Virus record (IMG/VR): IMGVR_UViG_3300036985_007129
Coordinates: 1 to 32,529 of that record
DNA: 32,529 nucleotides
Strand: one strand, 5' to 3'
Source of the DNA: a virus
Taxonomy: Duplodnaviria > Caudoviricetes
Both the position numbers and the translations under genes were made by a program. Below the pieces are notes generated by a model. The model had not been told where the DNA came from and searched no databases. It saw only the letters and a program-made list of their open reading frames with translations. Of the stretch, positions 23,294 to 31,786 are shown in pieces (the stretch's first letter is position 1; each line of letters starts with the position of its first letter).

Positions 23294-26200
23294 TAGTTTG
23301 TCTCCAAGTGCTCAACATCAACATGCAAGACGCCACTCTTGTCAAACTCACTTGTTTGCCTCCACTCCTTTGAGACAATTCTGAATCTTCCACCACGCGG
23401 GAGAAGCACTTCTTTTTCATCTGATTGACGTGCGTATTCCTCTGATATAGGAAGACCTTGACGCGTTGAGATTCTCATCAGCACTCTTGCTGGTGTATTC
23501 CCACCTGTTGCATCAATATCACTGAACTGAGTGAAGGCGATTGCTGTCTTCACATTTGTTGTTGTGCTCACAAATCCGCGATCGGTAAATGTAGAACCAA
23601 CTCCCATTGCATCAAGTGCTTTCAGCGCTGCAACATCTTTGAATCCTCGATAAACAGGAATTGGCTTTTCTCGCAGTTCACTGCGAGTGGCAACATCAAG
23701 AGCAGCAATCTCCATAGATATTTGTTTGCCTGTGTTGTTGAAGCCACTTGTACTTGATCCCGTTCTCAACGCTGCATTTATTTTTGTGTATCCGTCAGAT
23801 GAGTAACTTCCCAAAGCAGCAATTGCCATTGGAGTGTTACTTACTACTGAACGCTGATTTTTAGTGAGTTCAGGATATTGAACTTCCTTCCATTCTTCGC
23901 TGACGCCAACTCGCATTGCACTTGCTGGTGGTGGTGTTCCAGGAGTTGCACTTGGTCCTGCTGTTTTTGCGTCAACAGGTTTCGTTGGTTGATCTGCTGC
24001 AGCACTGAACTTGCTCTGCTGCTTTGGAGGAGCAGTTGGCTCAGCATCGATCGGCGCAACCTTCGATTGCGAACCTGACTTGGCGGGCTTGATGAAGCCG
24101 GCGGCAATTGCTTTTTCCTTTGCAGCAATGCCAGGATCGTTCTTCAGAGTTGCTGCTTTAGCCTTGTTCTCTGAAGCAGATAGAACAATGCCAAAGTCAT
24201 TGGCAACAGATTCACGCTGCCCTGCATCCATTCTTGAAAGCGCTGCCGCTGCATCTGTCTTTGCATCGGCTTTCGACTTTCCTTCAGACTCTGCTAGAGC
24301 CCTCAGGACGGCATACAACTTTGCATCGCCTACTGTTTCAACTACGTCCTTTGGATAGTTGGCTTTGCTCATCCAGTCACCTGGTTTTTTTTTTCCTTCT
24401 GATGATGACTCTGCATCTCCACCGCCGTCTCCTCCACCTGCGCACGAGTTGCCCGGCTTGAATCCACCAGCGCCGCTTCCGCAATCTTTGGTCTGCACAT
24501 CTGATGATCGAGCTCGATCAAACTCATCGCGCTTGCGCTTCGACCACGACCAACCTTCGTCGCCTCCCCATCCGTTCCATGCTTGCCATCCCTTGCCCTG
24601 CTCATCCCACGACTCGCCCTGCTTGTCGACTTCGTGCCGCTCGAAGTAGGCAACCATTCGACGGATGGTTTCCTCGGACAACGGCGTCCTGTTCTGAAGG
24701 TCACGCGCGCGCGCAATGCCGACAGAGGTCATGCCGCGTTGCGACTGAGGTGCTTCGGCTCGAACCTCAAGCGCGCGTCGCGCGTTGTCGGCAACTGACT
24801 GCGGAGGGGTTGTGTCGATGTCCTCGAGCGACTTGGTCTGACCGTCATCGCACATGGAGATTGCAATTGCGATTGCCTGCTCGCGGTCATATCCCTCGTC
24901 AAGCAGTTTGCCAATCTTCTCAGACGTGCATTGGTTGCTTGCTTTCTCGATTGAACCACAGGCGCAGTTTGCTCCTGCACACTTGGCAACGATCGGCACT
25001 GCTGCTGCTGGCGGTTTCTCTTGCTGCTGCTGCTGCGGCGTGATAGGAGAAAAGATGGATTCAATCAGTTGCGGGCTGACAGACGGGAACGCAGCCGACG
25101 CAATTGCGCGGACCGAATCAATGGGCAACTCGGCAAGCGCTGCCGACCGCGCGAGTCCAATCAGGGATGAGATTTGCGCGCCGTTCAACGCGGCTGCCGC
25201 CGGGGCATCAATGGCTACCGCAGGGGCATCACCCGACGGCGCTGCTTCACCCGTGACGGGAGCGCTGGTTGGTTGGTCAATCGGGCTGATTTGCTCGCTC
25301 TCAGCCGCCGGCGTGGTTGGATCGGCAATGGGAAGCGCTTCAGGCTGACTAGGATCGCCTGTGGGACCTCCCAATGGTTGGTTGCCCATCAGTAGTCTGT
25401 CGGCGGCGGGGTCCTCAGACGCGTCCAGGCCGTTCCGTGTGCGAGCCTCGTTCACGGTCATGATGCCGCCCGCAACCGACGACCGGTTCTTTTCAAACTC
25501 AAACCGCTCATCGGACAGGACAGGATTGTCATAGGCGAGGAACGCGTCGCCTTCGATGTTGAACATCGGCAGCAGATTCTGATTCAGGACCTCTTCGTCC
25601 ATGCGCAGAAGCGGGAGGATGGTGTTTGCCTTCCAAGCAGCAAAGCCGATGGTCGCCGACGCAAGGTTTGGATCGTTGGCTTTGAGCATGCTGACAGGCA
25701 CGCCAAACACGGCGGCAATCTCTTCAACGATGTCAGTGCGTCCCTGCAAGTCCTTTGGCGGAAACGACAGCGGCTTGATGTCGATGTCAGCCGATGCCGT
25801 GAGGAATCGACCCGCGCGCTTTGACCCGCGCAACTTCTCTTCAATCTGCTTCTCGAGCCGATCCATCTCTTCCGTGCTCACCATGCCCTTGATGGTCATG
25901 AGCCAATCAGGTCGCGCCTTGTTTGCGAAGAAGTGATAGTCCATCGAGTGAATCTCGTCGTTGGACATGATTGCACCCCACGCCGCTTCCGCTTTTCCGA
26001 TGCCGTAGTAGAGGTCGTTGGGATTCGGTCGCTTGAAGTGGATGACCTCTTCAGCAGGAAACAGGCGGCGCTTGTCTCGCTCTGCTCCGTACAAGTAGCC
26101 ATCAATGAAATCAACTTTGCCCGGAACAATCTCCACGAACTGCGAGGGCATTGTCCAGAGCTCGACTGGAATGCCTAATGCCTTGTCAACGACAGGATGC

Positions 26201-26679
26201 AAGTAGGCGTTGCCCGTCAACTCGGTGTACAGGATGCGCAGCACCGTTGCGTCGAATCCATTCTGATAGGGATTGACCTTCTCGAGCAAGTCTAGCACGG
26301 GATGATTCTCTGTCACCACTTCGTAGTTGTCGCCGTACTCCGCTGCTTTGCGAATGACATGGCGCGACGGAAGATGATCGAGGTCGCCGGCGTGGAACGC
26401 CTTGACGCGCGCCGAAACCGACCGCGTCTTCCAGAGTTTCTTCTTGCCGTCGCGCGATCGCACGTACAAGCGCAACGGTTGAGAAGCAACGGCAACCGCA
26501 TTCAGGTTTGCAGCCGCGTACACCCAAGACGAGTACGACCGAACGGCAGACGCGTAGGAGAAAGGTTGCCGCTTCCCTTCATCACCCATCACAATCTTTG
26601 AGGACGCAGCCATGTAAGCGGCATTGCTGGTTGCAGTCTTCGAGCGCACACGAGAAAGAAAGCGTTCGATCATGTTCAT
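23293..26679 (-). CDS. Portal protein (HK97-like) fused to extra modules and a C-terminal VIP2/Alt-like ADP-ribosyltransferase
   Basis: Portal motifs HPVLDLLEKVNPYQ, LTGNAY, EEVIHFK, EEIAAVFGVP, GIMTVNEAR; ART motifs YTKINAALR, VYRG, GFVSTT, EKEVLLPRG. Confidence 0.92.
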   Translation of the reverse strand: MNMIERFLSRVRSKTATSNAAYMAASSKIVMGDEGKRQPFSYASAVRSYSSWVYAAANLNAVAVASQPLRLYVRSRDGKKKLWKTRSVSARVKAFHAGDLDHLPSRHVIRKAAEYGDNYEVVTENHPVLDLLEKVNPYQNGFDATVLRILYTELTGNAYLHPVVDKALGIPVELWTMPSQFVEIVPGKVDFIDGYLYGAERDKRRLFPAEEVIHFKRPNPNDLYYGIGKAEAAWGAIMSNDEIHSMDYHFFANKARPDWLMTIKGMVSTEEMDRLEKQIEEKLRGSKRAGRFLTASADIDIKPLSFPPKDLQGRTDIVEEIAAVFGVPVSMLKANDPNLASATIGFAAWKANTILPLLRMDEEVLNQNLLPMFNIEGDAFLAYDNPVLSDERFEFEKNRSSVAGGIMTVNEARTRNGLDASEDPAADRLLMGNQPLGGPTGDPSQPEALPIADPTTPAAESEQISPIDQPTSAPVTGEAAPSGDAPAVAIDAPAAAALNGAQISSLIGLARSAALAELPIDSVRAIASAAFPSVSPQLIESIFSPITPQQQQQEKPPAAAVPIVAKCAGANCACGSIEKASNQCTSEKIGKLLDEGYDREQAIAIAISMCDDGQTKSLEDIDTTPPQSVADNARRALEVRAEAPQSQRGMTSVGIARARDLQNRTPLSEETIRRMVAYFERHEVDKQGESWDEQGKGWQAWNGWGGDEGWSWSKRKRDEFDRARSSDVQTKDCGSGAGGFKPGNSCAGGGDGGGDAESSSEGKKKPGDWMSKANYPKDVVETVGDAKLYAVLRALAESEGKSKADAKTDAAAALSRMDAGQRESVANDFGIVLSASENKAKAATLKNDPGIAAKEKAIAAGFIKPAKSGSQSKVAPIDAEPTAPPKQQSKFSAAADQPTKPVDAKTAGPSATPGTPPPASAMRVGVSEEWKEVQYPELTKNQRSVVSNTPMAIAALGSYSSDGYTKINAALRTGSSTSGFNNTGKQISMEIAALDVATRSELREKPIPVYRGFKDVAALKALDAMGVGSTFTDRGFVSTTTNVKTAIAFTQFSDIDATGGNTPARVLMRISTRQGLPISEEYARQSDEKEVLLPRGGRFRIVSKEWRQTSEFDKSGVLHVDVEHLETN
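24385..24394 (-). repeat. A10 homopolymer inside the portal gene
   Basis: GGA AAA AAA AAA CCA on the coding strand. Confidence 0.9.
24421..24489 (-). repeat. Peptide repeat KDCGSGAGGFKPGNSCAGGGDGG inside the portal
   Basis: 22/23 aa identical to 23017..23085. Confidence 0.95.
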
Positions 26680-27870
26680 TTAAATGACCTTGAGGACAAG
26701 AGGTTTCCTACCGCGCCTTGACTGCAGCGCAAGAGCAAGTGCACACACGCCGTCGTCATGGCCTGCCGTGGCTTCGTACTGAACAGCGCCCCTATTGGAG
26801 TATCGGAATCCGAAGGCTTCCAATTCATTGCGAAGCCAACCGTCGGGGAATCGGACGTCCCGCAATTGGACCGCAATCTGCAGCCCTTCCATGAGTTGCT
26901 GCTTTGACTGACTAGTGAACTTGAACCCTTCAGCGCGCCGACACACGCGGGCAATGTCCTCAACCACAGGGTCGCCGACACCGGTCGAATCAATCTGCGC
27001 AGGGGTATCTGAAATCATCTGAGCAAGCCGCTCGCGCGTCACATGCCAAGGAGATTGCCAACGCTCGAGACGGCAGACGCACCCGCCGGCGTCAAGCGCA
27101 ATGGCAACCGTCCAATCGTGTGACTTTGCTAGGTCGACTCCCCAACATTCTGGTTTCGCCGTTGACATCGGACCGATGCAAGATCTGATTGCGTCCAGCC
27201 CGAATGGATTGCCACCGTCCTCAGACGGCATGCCTTCGTATTCCTGCATGAAGACTTGCTCGGGCAGCATCATCTTGGCCGCTTGAATCTCAGCAGGGTC
27301 AAGGAACGGATTGCGCGCGCTGCCGATGCGGAAGGCTTTCATCTGCCCGGTCGTGTCGCCTTCCGCCTCGAGGTAGAGTTGATGGAAGTCGCCCGTGCCC
27401 TTCGGTGTGCCGAGGAACAGCGCGCGCCCCTTCCTGTCCGTGAGCGTTGGTCGAACCGCTTCGCGCCATACTCGCAGCAGCCCTGAGACAAATCCTGCTT
27501 CGTCGAAGACTGCTAGGTCGTATTGACGACCTCGCCCTGCGTTCTCGCCGTTGGCTCCGTCAAGTGTCCAGAAGTCGATCATGCCGCCCGTGCGCAGCAT
27601 CATCCTGTTGTTCTTCCTGTCAAACTGTCGGATGAGCGGGCGTAGCACGCGCTCGAAGTCTCTCATTGGATCATCAAGGTACTTGTATGACGGCGCAAAC
27701 CATCCGACATTCTTTCCGTTGATTGCTTCATATTGCGCGAGCACGTGACCGAATGTGGTCTTGCCCCACCGCCGGCCAATCTCAAGCACGGAGAAGCGCG
27801 CAAGGTCGCGATGGACTTCACGCTGCGACGCGTGGAAGACAGACTCTATAGGTGGCAAGCGGACAATCAA
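26680..27870 (-). CDS. terL: Terminase large subunit
   Basis: GRRWGKT (Walker A), LAVFDEA (Walker B), GTPKG, GVDLAKSHD, IDSTGVG, HDDGVCA; TTG start overlapping the terS stop. Confidence 0.95.
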   Translation of the reverse strand: MIVRLPPIESVFHASQREVHRDLARFSVLEIGRRWGKTTFGHVLAQYEAINGKNVGWFAPSYKYLDDPMRDFERVLRPLIRQFDRKNNRMMLRTGGMIDFWTLDGANGENAGRGRQYDLAVFDEAGFVSGLLRVWREAVRPTLTDRKGRALFLGTPKGTGDFHQLYLEAEGDTTGQMKAFRIGSARNPFLDPAEIQAAKMMLPEQVFMQEYEGMPSEDGGNPFGLDAIRSCIGPMSTAKPECWGVDLAKSHDWTVAIALDAGGCVCRLERWQSPWHVTRERLAQMISDTPAQIDSTGVGDPVVEDIARVCRRAEGFKFTSQSKQQLMEGLQIAVQLRDVRFPDGWLRNELEAFGFRYSNRGAVQYEATAGHDDGVCALALALQSRRGRKPLVLKVI

Positions 27871-28205
27871 GCACCGCTACCGCTTCTGTGGATCGGTTCA
27901 ATCGTGATGGTGTCGTCTCGCCATGTCTCATCAATGCGGTCGCGCTGTCCGAGCAACTGCTTGCCAAGCCAGATGAGCATGGCAACGTTTCCGTCCTTTG
28001 CCTTCTCATATTGCCAGCGACGCAGACTAGTGCGCAGACGATGCATACCGCGCTCGATTGCTTCATGCGCGTCCTTGCGACGCTGCAGAGTTCGCGACGA
28101 AACCTTGAGCACGACGGCAATCTCTTCTTGGGTGCAACCAATAGAGGCGAGGTTCTCAACCTGGTCGATGTCGACGGCTTTGACCGAACCCTTCGGCCTA
28201 CCCAT
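27867..28205 (-). CDS. terS: Terminase small subunit
   Basis: MGRPK, GCTQEEIA.VL.VS.RTL HTH, GNVAMLIWLGKQLLGQ; directly upstream of terL. Confidence 0.85.
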   Translation of the reverse strand: MGRPKGSVKAVDIDQVENLASIGCTQEEIAVVLKVSSRTLQRRKDAHEAIERGMHRLRTSLRRWQYEKAKDGNVAMLIWLGKQLLGQRDRIDETWRDDTITIEPIHRSGSGA

Positions 28206-29268
28206 TAGACACCCCCAACCATTGCTTGCACACGGCTCGAGCAACCGTTTCCATCATGCGAGGCGGCACAGACATTCCGATCATGTACTTTCCAATGACT
28301 TCAGTGCGCGCAATGTAGTCATCGGGGAACGATCCAAACCTGATGCATTCCCTGTACGTCAACCACCTGCATTCAGACCAATGGCAAAGAGCATGCGTTG
28401 CAGGAATCGTTGGACACGGCTTTGCAGGATGGACAACAATCCAGTTGAAGTAGTTGTTCTTGCCTGTGAACTTGATGCTTGCTTCTTTCATAGAAACACC
28501 GGGCTTGGTGATTCTCCACATGCGTTCCATCACGGAACTCAACTTGTACTTGACCTTCTCCTCAGGACTGCTTGGGATGTCAACGCATGCTTCTGAAGCA
28601 GATATCCAACGGGAGCACGGCTCGAGCTCAAGCAACTTCGTTGAGACATCTGAGCGCACGGCACAGAAGAAGACACGCTCCCTCTTCTGAGGTACGCCGC
28701 AATCCGCTGAGTTGATCAAGAAGATTTGAGGTCTGTACCCCATCGACCTCAATCGTTCTGTGATTGCGCGCGTGTATCCCTTTGCGTTTCCCATCAGCAT
28801 GCCTTTGACGTTCTCGGCAATGATGACCTTGGGTTGGATGCGTTGCGCTGCGTCAAGAAAGTCAAAGAACAAGTCATCAAGGACCTGCTCTGTTTGCCCC
28901 TCTCGAAAGTGCTTCTTCTTTCCCCATACCTTGTCTCGCTGTCCTGATGTTGAGAACGTTGAGCACGGCGGCGAGCCGTCAAGAATGTCGATGCCAATCA
29001 ACTCAGGCGGCAAGTCCATCGTTGCAAGGTCTTTGACCGGACAGAGAAAGTAGTGCTTCGGCTTGAGGTTCAACTTGTAGTGCCATGCCATTTCCTTGTC
29101 GATGTCGTTAGCAGCAAGCACCTCGCACCCAGCCAGTTTGTATCCCATCGATGATCCGCCGCCACAGGAGAAGGTTGTCATGACCTTCACGCCGTTGCTC
29201 TTTGCCGAATCGAGCTCTGCCATCATCCAAGCGCAATCAGGCTTCTTTGTTGTTGAACTCGAAACCAC
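28198..29268 (-). CDS. DNA (cytosine-5) methyltransferase (start uncertain: GTG 29268 or ATG 29226)
   Basis: FSCGGG (motif I), DILDGSPPC (IV), ENVKG (VI), PQKRERVF (VIII), FPDDY, IGMSVPP (X). Confidence 0.92.
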   Translation of the reverse strand: MVSSSTTKKPDCAWMMAELDSAKSNGVKVMTTFSCGGGSSMGYKLAGCEVLAANDIDKEMAWHYKLNLKPKHYFLCPVKDLATMDLPPELIGIDILDGSPPCSTFSTSGQRDKVWGKKKHFREGQTEQVLDDLFFDFLDAAQRIQPKVIIAENVKGMLMGNAKGYTRAITERLRSMGYRPQIFLINSADCGVPQKRERVFFCAVRSDVSTKLLELEPCSRWISASEACVDIPSSPEEKVKYKLSSVMERMWRITKPGVSMKEASIKFTGKNNYFNWIVVHPAKPCPTIPATHALCHWSECRWLTYRECIRFGSFPDDYIARTEVIGKYMIGMSVPPRMMETVARAVCKQWLGVSNG

Positions 29269-29749
29269 AACGGGGACACTTGCACTTGAGGTCGAACGCG
29301 TCGACGTTGATTTCCGTGGCACTTGATTGTTCTCCATTCTCCTCAGCATCAAACTGGCGAGCCAGTGCGCGGAGGTCTTGTTCGGTGAAACCGGCGTCAG
29401 CGACTAGCGTGATGTCTTGCTCACGCAATGAAGCAAGCGTGCGCGCAAGTCCTTCATGGTCCCATGCCGAAAGTTCAGATGTCCTGTTGTCGGCGAGCGC
29501 GTAGGCAACTGCATCAGCGCCGTCAAGTTTCGATCGGACGATGGAAATCTTCTTCCATCCAAGTGCGATCGCTGCTTCAAGTGTGCCGTTGCCCGCCCTT
29601 ACAACTCCGCGCCCGTCAACAACGATGGGCTTCTGCTGCCCGAACCTGCGCAGCGATGATTTGATGGCATCGATGTTGTGGCTTGCGTGAAGTCGGACGT
29701 TTGCCGGGTCAAGCGACACGGACTCGATATCAACGGTTTCAACTTTCAT
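29237..29749 (-). CDS. ParB/Srx-like N-terminal domain protein with C-terminal CPRCG knuckle
   Basis: DPANVRLH, SLRRFGQQKPIVVD, AGNGTLEAA, ALADNRTSELSAWD, CPRCGFEF. Confidence 0.88.
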   Translation of the reverse strand: MKVETVDIESVSLDPANVRLHASHNIDAIKSSLRRFGQQKPIVVDGRGVVRAGNGTLEAAIALGWKKISIVRSKLDGADAVAYALADNRTSELSAWDHEGLARTLASLREQDITLVADAGFTEQDLRALARQFDAEENGEQSSATEINVDAFDLKCKCPRCGFEFNNKEA

Positions 29750-30320
29750 GTGCGCCTTGTAGGGAACTCGGGTCAAACGAGATTCCAGAATCTTGATGGA
29801 TCCACCAGTCCTCAATGTCAACACTGCCGCCGTCTTGTTTCAGACCTGCGGTTCCAACGTATTGGTATCCGTTTGCATACATGATCGATGCCATCTCAAC
29901 CATCCGTTGATGTCCCTGGCGATACAGATCATGCTCGACAGTTGCAATGCGGAATCGAAATTGATCAAACGGGATTGCGCGCAAGACCTCGAGCGTTAAC
30001 TCAGGCGGCTCGAGGTCAAGCGATAGGTAGTCAATCCATCCGTTGACGGCGTACGCTTCAAACAGCGACGGCCAATGCGATGTGCGCGCATCCTCAACAA
30101 CGTAATTTCCAGGGCGCTTGGCGATGATGGCAGCGCGCAGCATCGGGTTCTTCTCACAGAGCAAACCCTTCCAGCCAAACTCGCGCTCGAGCACGTAGGT
30201 GTTGCTGATGTCAATCGGGTCACCTGCACCAATGTCGATGTATGTCCCGTTGCGCTTGCCTTGTAGGGCTTCGACAACGAAGCGGTCTTGCCCGAGTTGG
30301 GCTTGCCAGTTGATTTCCAT
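29739..30320 (-). CDS. FkbM-family SAM-dependent methyltransferase
   Basis: QLGQD.FV, GTYIDIGAGD...SNTY.LE..FGWKGLL.E, IDYLSLDLE, ATVEHD, EDWWI; AGGAGA RBS. Confidence 0.88.
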   Translation of the reverse strand: MEINWQAQLGQDRFVVEALQGKRNGTYIDIGAGDPIDISNTYVLEREFGWKGLLCEKNPMLRAAIIAKRPGNYVVEDARTSHWPSLFEAYAVNGWIDYLSLDLEPPELTLEVLRAIPFDQFRFRIATVEHDLYRQGHQRMVEMASIMYANGYQYVGTAGLKQDGGSVDIEDWWIHQDSGISFDPSSLQGAHES

Positions 30321-30342
30321 GATGTCTCCTAGGTGGAGCCTA

Positions 30343-31014
30343 TCAGCGGACGACATCAATTTCAAGCGACATCGCATCAATGTACATGCTTGAAGATGTT
30401 GTGCCAATCAGTTTCGTGATGCGCGCATCTGCTGCCGTGCCGCCAGTTCCAACTGATTGCGTGTTGACAAGAACGCCGTCAATGAAGAAGCGCGCAACAT
30501 CATCAACGCTGACCAGGATTTCCATTGAGTGCCAACCGGTATCAACGGTGATTCCTGTGTCTACTGCTCCCGTTGTCACGCCGGCGCTGTAAACGAGTGT
30601 CTGCCACTTGCCTGAGTTCGTTGCGTAGTGGTAATTGAAATAGACGCCATCGGTTGGAAAAAGTGAGTTGGCTCTGTCATGGAAGCCAACGATTGCGTTG
30701 TAAGATTGCGCAGCCGTGCCGAGCGTTGGAAGTTTCCCAATCCATGTGTAGCGATGCGCGCGAGTTCCAAATACAACGGCAGCACGCTCGGCTTGAGAGG
30801 CTCCGCTCCATCCCGCGGCTGTTGTGCCTGTTTGGCAATCAAGAATGCCCACGCGGTTGCCGTCGTTGTTTGCACCTGTTGAGAAGACTCCGGTTGCGCC
30901 TGTGCCGCTTGCATAGGCCAACCAGTCATCTGCCGTGTTCATGTCGCTATAGAGAATGGCACGGCGACGCAGATTGATTGGTGCAACAACTGGAACAGGC
31001 AGGCGCTTGATCAT
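30343..31014 (-). CDS. LamG/concanavalin-like beta-sandwich protein
   Basis: DGVYF, DTGITVDTGWHSMEI, RFFIDGVLV, MYID. Confidence 0.65.
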   Translation of the reverse strand: MIKRLPVPVVAPINLRRRAILYSDMNTADDWLAYASGTGATGVFSTGANNDGNRVGILDCQTGTTAAGWSGASQAERAAVVFGTRAHRYTWIGKLPTLGTAAQSYNAIVGFHDRANSLFPTDGVYFNYHYATNSGKWQTLVYSAGVTTGAVDTGITVDTGWHSMEILVSVDDVARFFIDGVLVNTQSVGTGGTAADARITKLIGTTSSSMYIDAMSLEIDVVR

Positions 31015-31337
31015 GGTTCCTTCGCCTCTGCTTCTTCAACGTATGAAGGCGGCACGCAGTACCAACCCTCAGGGATGCGGACCTTGTTGCTTGACAGCGT
31101 CCATTGTCCGCTCACCATCGTGTAGACGTGCATGTCAGCCGCTGGACCGATCCTGATTGGACTCTGCTCGGGGACGAACACCGTTCGGCTGCCGCCGCAA
31201 CCAAGTGGCAATGCGACTGCCGCCGCGACGAAGAGTGCCGATGTCGCGATCTGCGTCGCGCGCCGTTGAAGGCGTTGACGCGGACCGACCGACCATTCGG
31301 CACAGGGCTTCAAAGATTGCTGCGATGATTCGTTCAA
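31011..31337 (-). CDS. Lipoprotein, o-spanin (Rz1)-like; start uncertain
   Basis: Hydrophobic stretch and lipobox ALFVAAAVALPLG-C; Pro-rich mature part; overlaps 31135..31341 in another frame. Confidence 0.6.
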   Translation of the reverse strand: MNESSQQSLKPCAEWSVGPRQRLQRRATQIATSALFVAAAVALPLGCGGSRTVFVPEQSPIRIGPAADMHVYTMVSGQWTLSSNKVRIPEGWYCVPPSYVEEAEAKEP

Positions 31338-31341
31338 TCAT
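31135..31341 (-). CDS. i-spanin (Rz)-like small protein
   Basis: AGGAGA RBS; N-terminal hydrophobic helix; overlaps the lipoprotein gene. Confidence 0.5.
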   Translation of the reverse strand: MIERIIAAIFEALCRMVGRSASTPSTARDADRDIGTLRRGGSRIATWLRRQPNGVRPRAESNQDRSSG

Positions 31342-31588
31342 GTTCTCCTGCTTTCGAGCCTAACTGCTCGAGCAAAGTGATGTGCTGCTCGAGTTTCAAG
31401 CAGCGCGCTTTCAGACTATCAATCTCATCGGCGCTTGCTTCAAGTTCTCGTCGGCACTCCGTCCAGAGAGAGAACATTGGAGCGCTTGCCAACATGCGCA
31501 GTCTCTCCGTGTGATCTGTGCAACGAGCGAGGATGGAGGAGTGAAGCGCGCCGGCCTCTGCCCACGCGCGCCACGCTTCCTCGTTCAC
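31334..31588 (-). CDS. Hypothetical coiled-coil protein
   Basis: GTGA overlap with the holin stop. Confidence 0.6.
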   Translation of the reverse strand: MNEEAWRAWAEAGALHSSILARCTDHTERLRMLASAPMFSLWTECRRELEASADEIDSLKARCLKLEQHITLLEQLGSKAGEHD

Positions 31589-31782
31589 TTTGCGCCAACC
31601 GTCTCGCTTGTGACCTTGTTGTCACGGGCAAAGAAACCGATGCCCATGATTCCGAGCGCGGCGAAGCATGCTTCGATGCTGAACGTAGTCAGGACATCGT
31701 TGTCCAGGAGGTAGGAGACTTGCGTTGCGATGATGCCGAGCCCGGCGACGACGCCGGCGGTGGTTGTCTTCCATGATTTCAT
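31585..31782 (-). CDS. Holin-like two-TM protein (65 aa)
   Basis: MKSWKTTTAG...GIGFFARD, two hydrophobic helices. Confidence 0.7.
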   Translation of the reverse strand: MKSWKTTTAGVVAGLGIIATQVSYLLDNDVLTTFSIEACFAALGIMGIGFFARDNKVTSETVGAK

Positions 31783-31786
31783 GTGT

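Noticed and set aside
23017-24489. Tag copies as recent DNA direct repeats or a mobile-element target duplication
   Set aside because: Third codon positions are largely diverged (15 synonymous differences in 23 codons); no transposase or inverted repeats
25021-25036. (CAG)n poly-Gln tract in the portal linker
   Set aside because: Only five codons, in frame, inside a low-complexity linker
27733-28596. 287-aa plus-strand ORF across terS and the methyltransferase
   Set aside because: Arg/Ser-rich antisense frame opposite two well-supported genes
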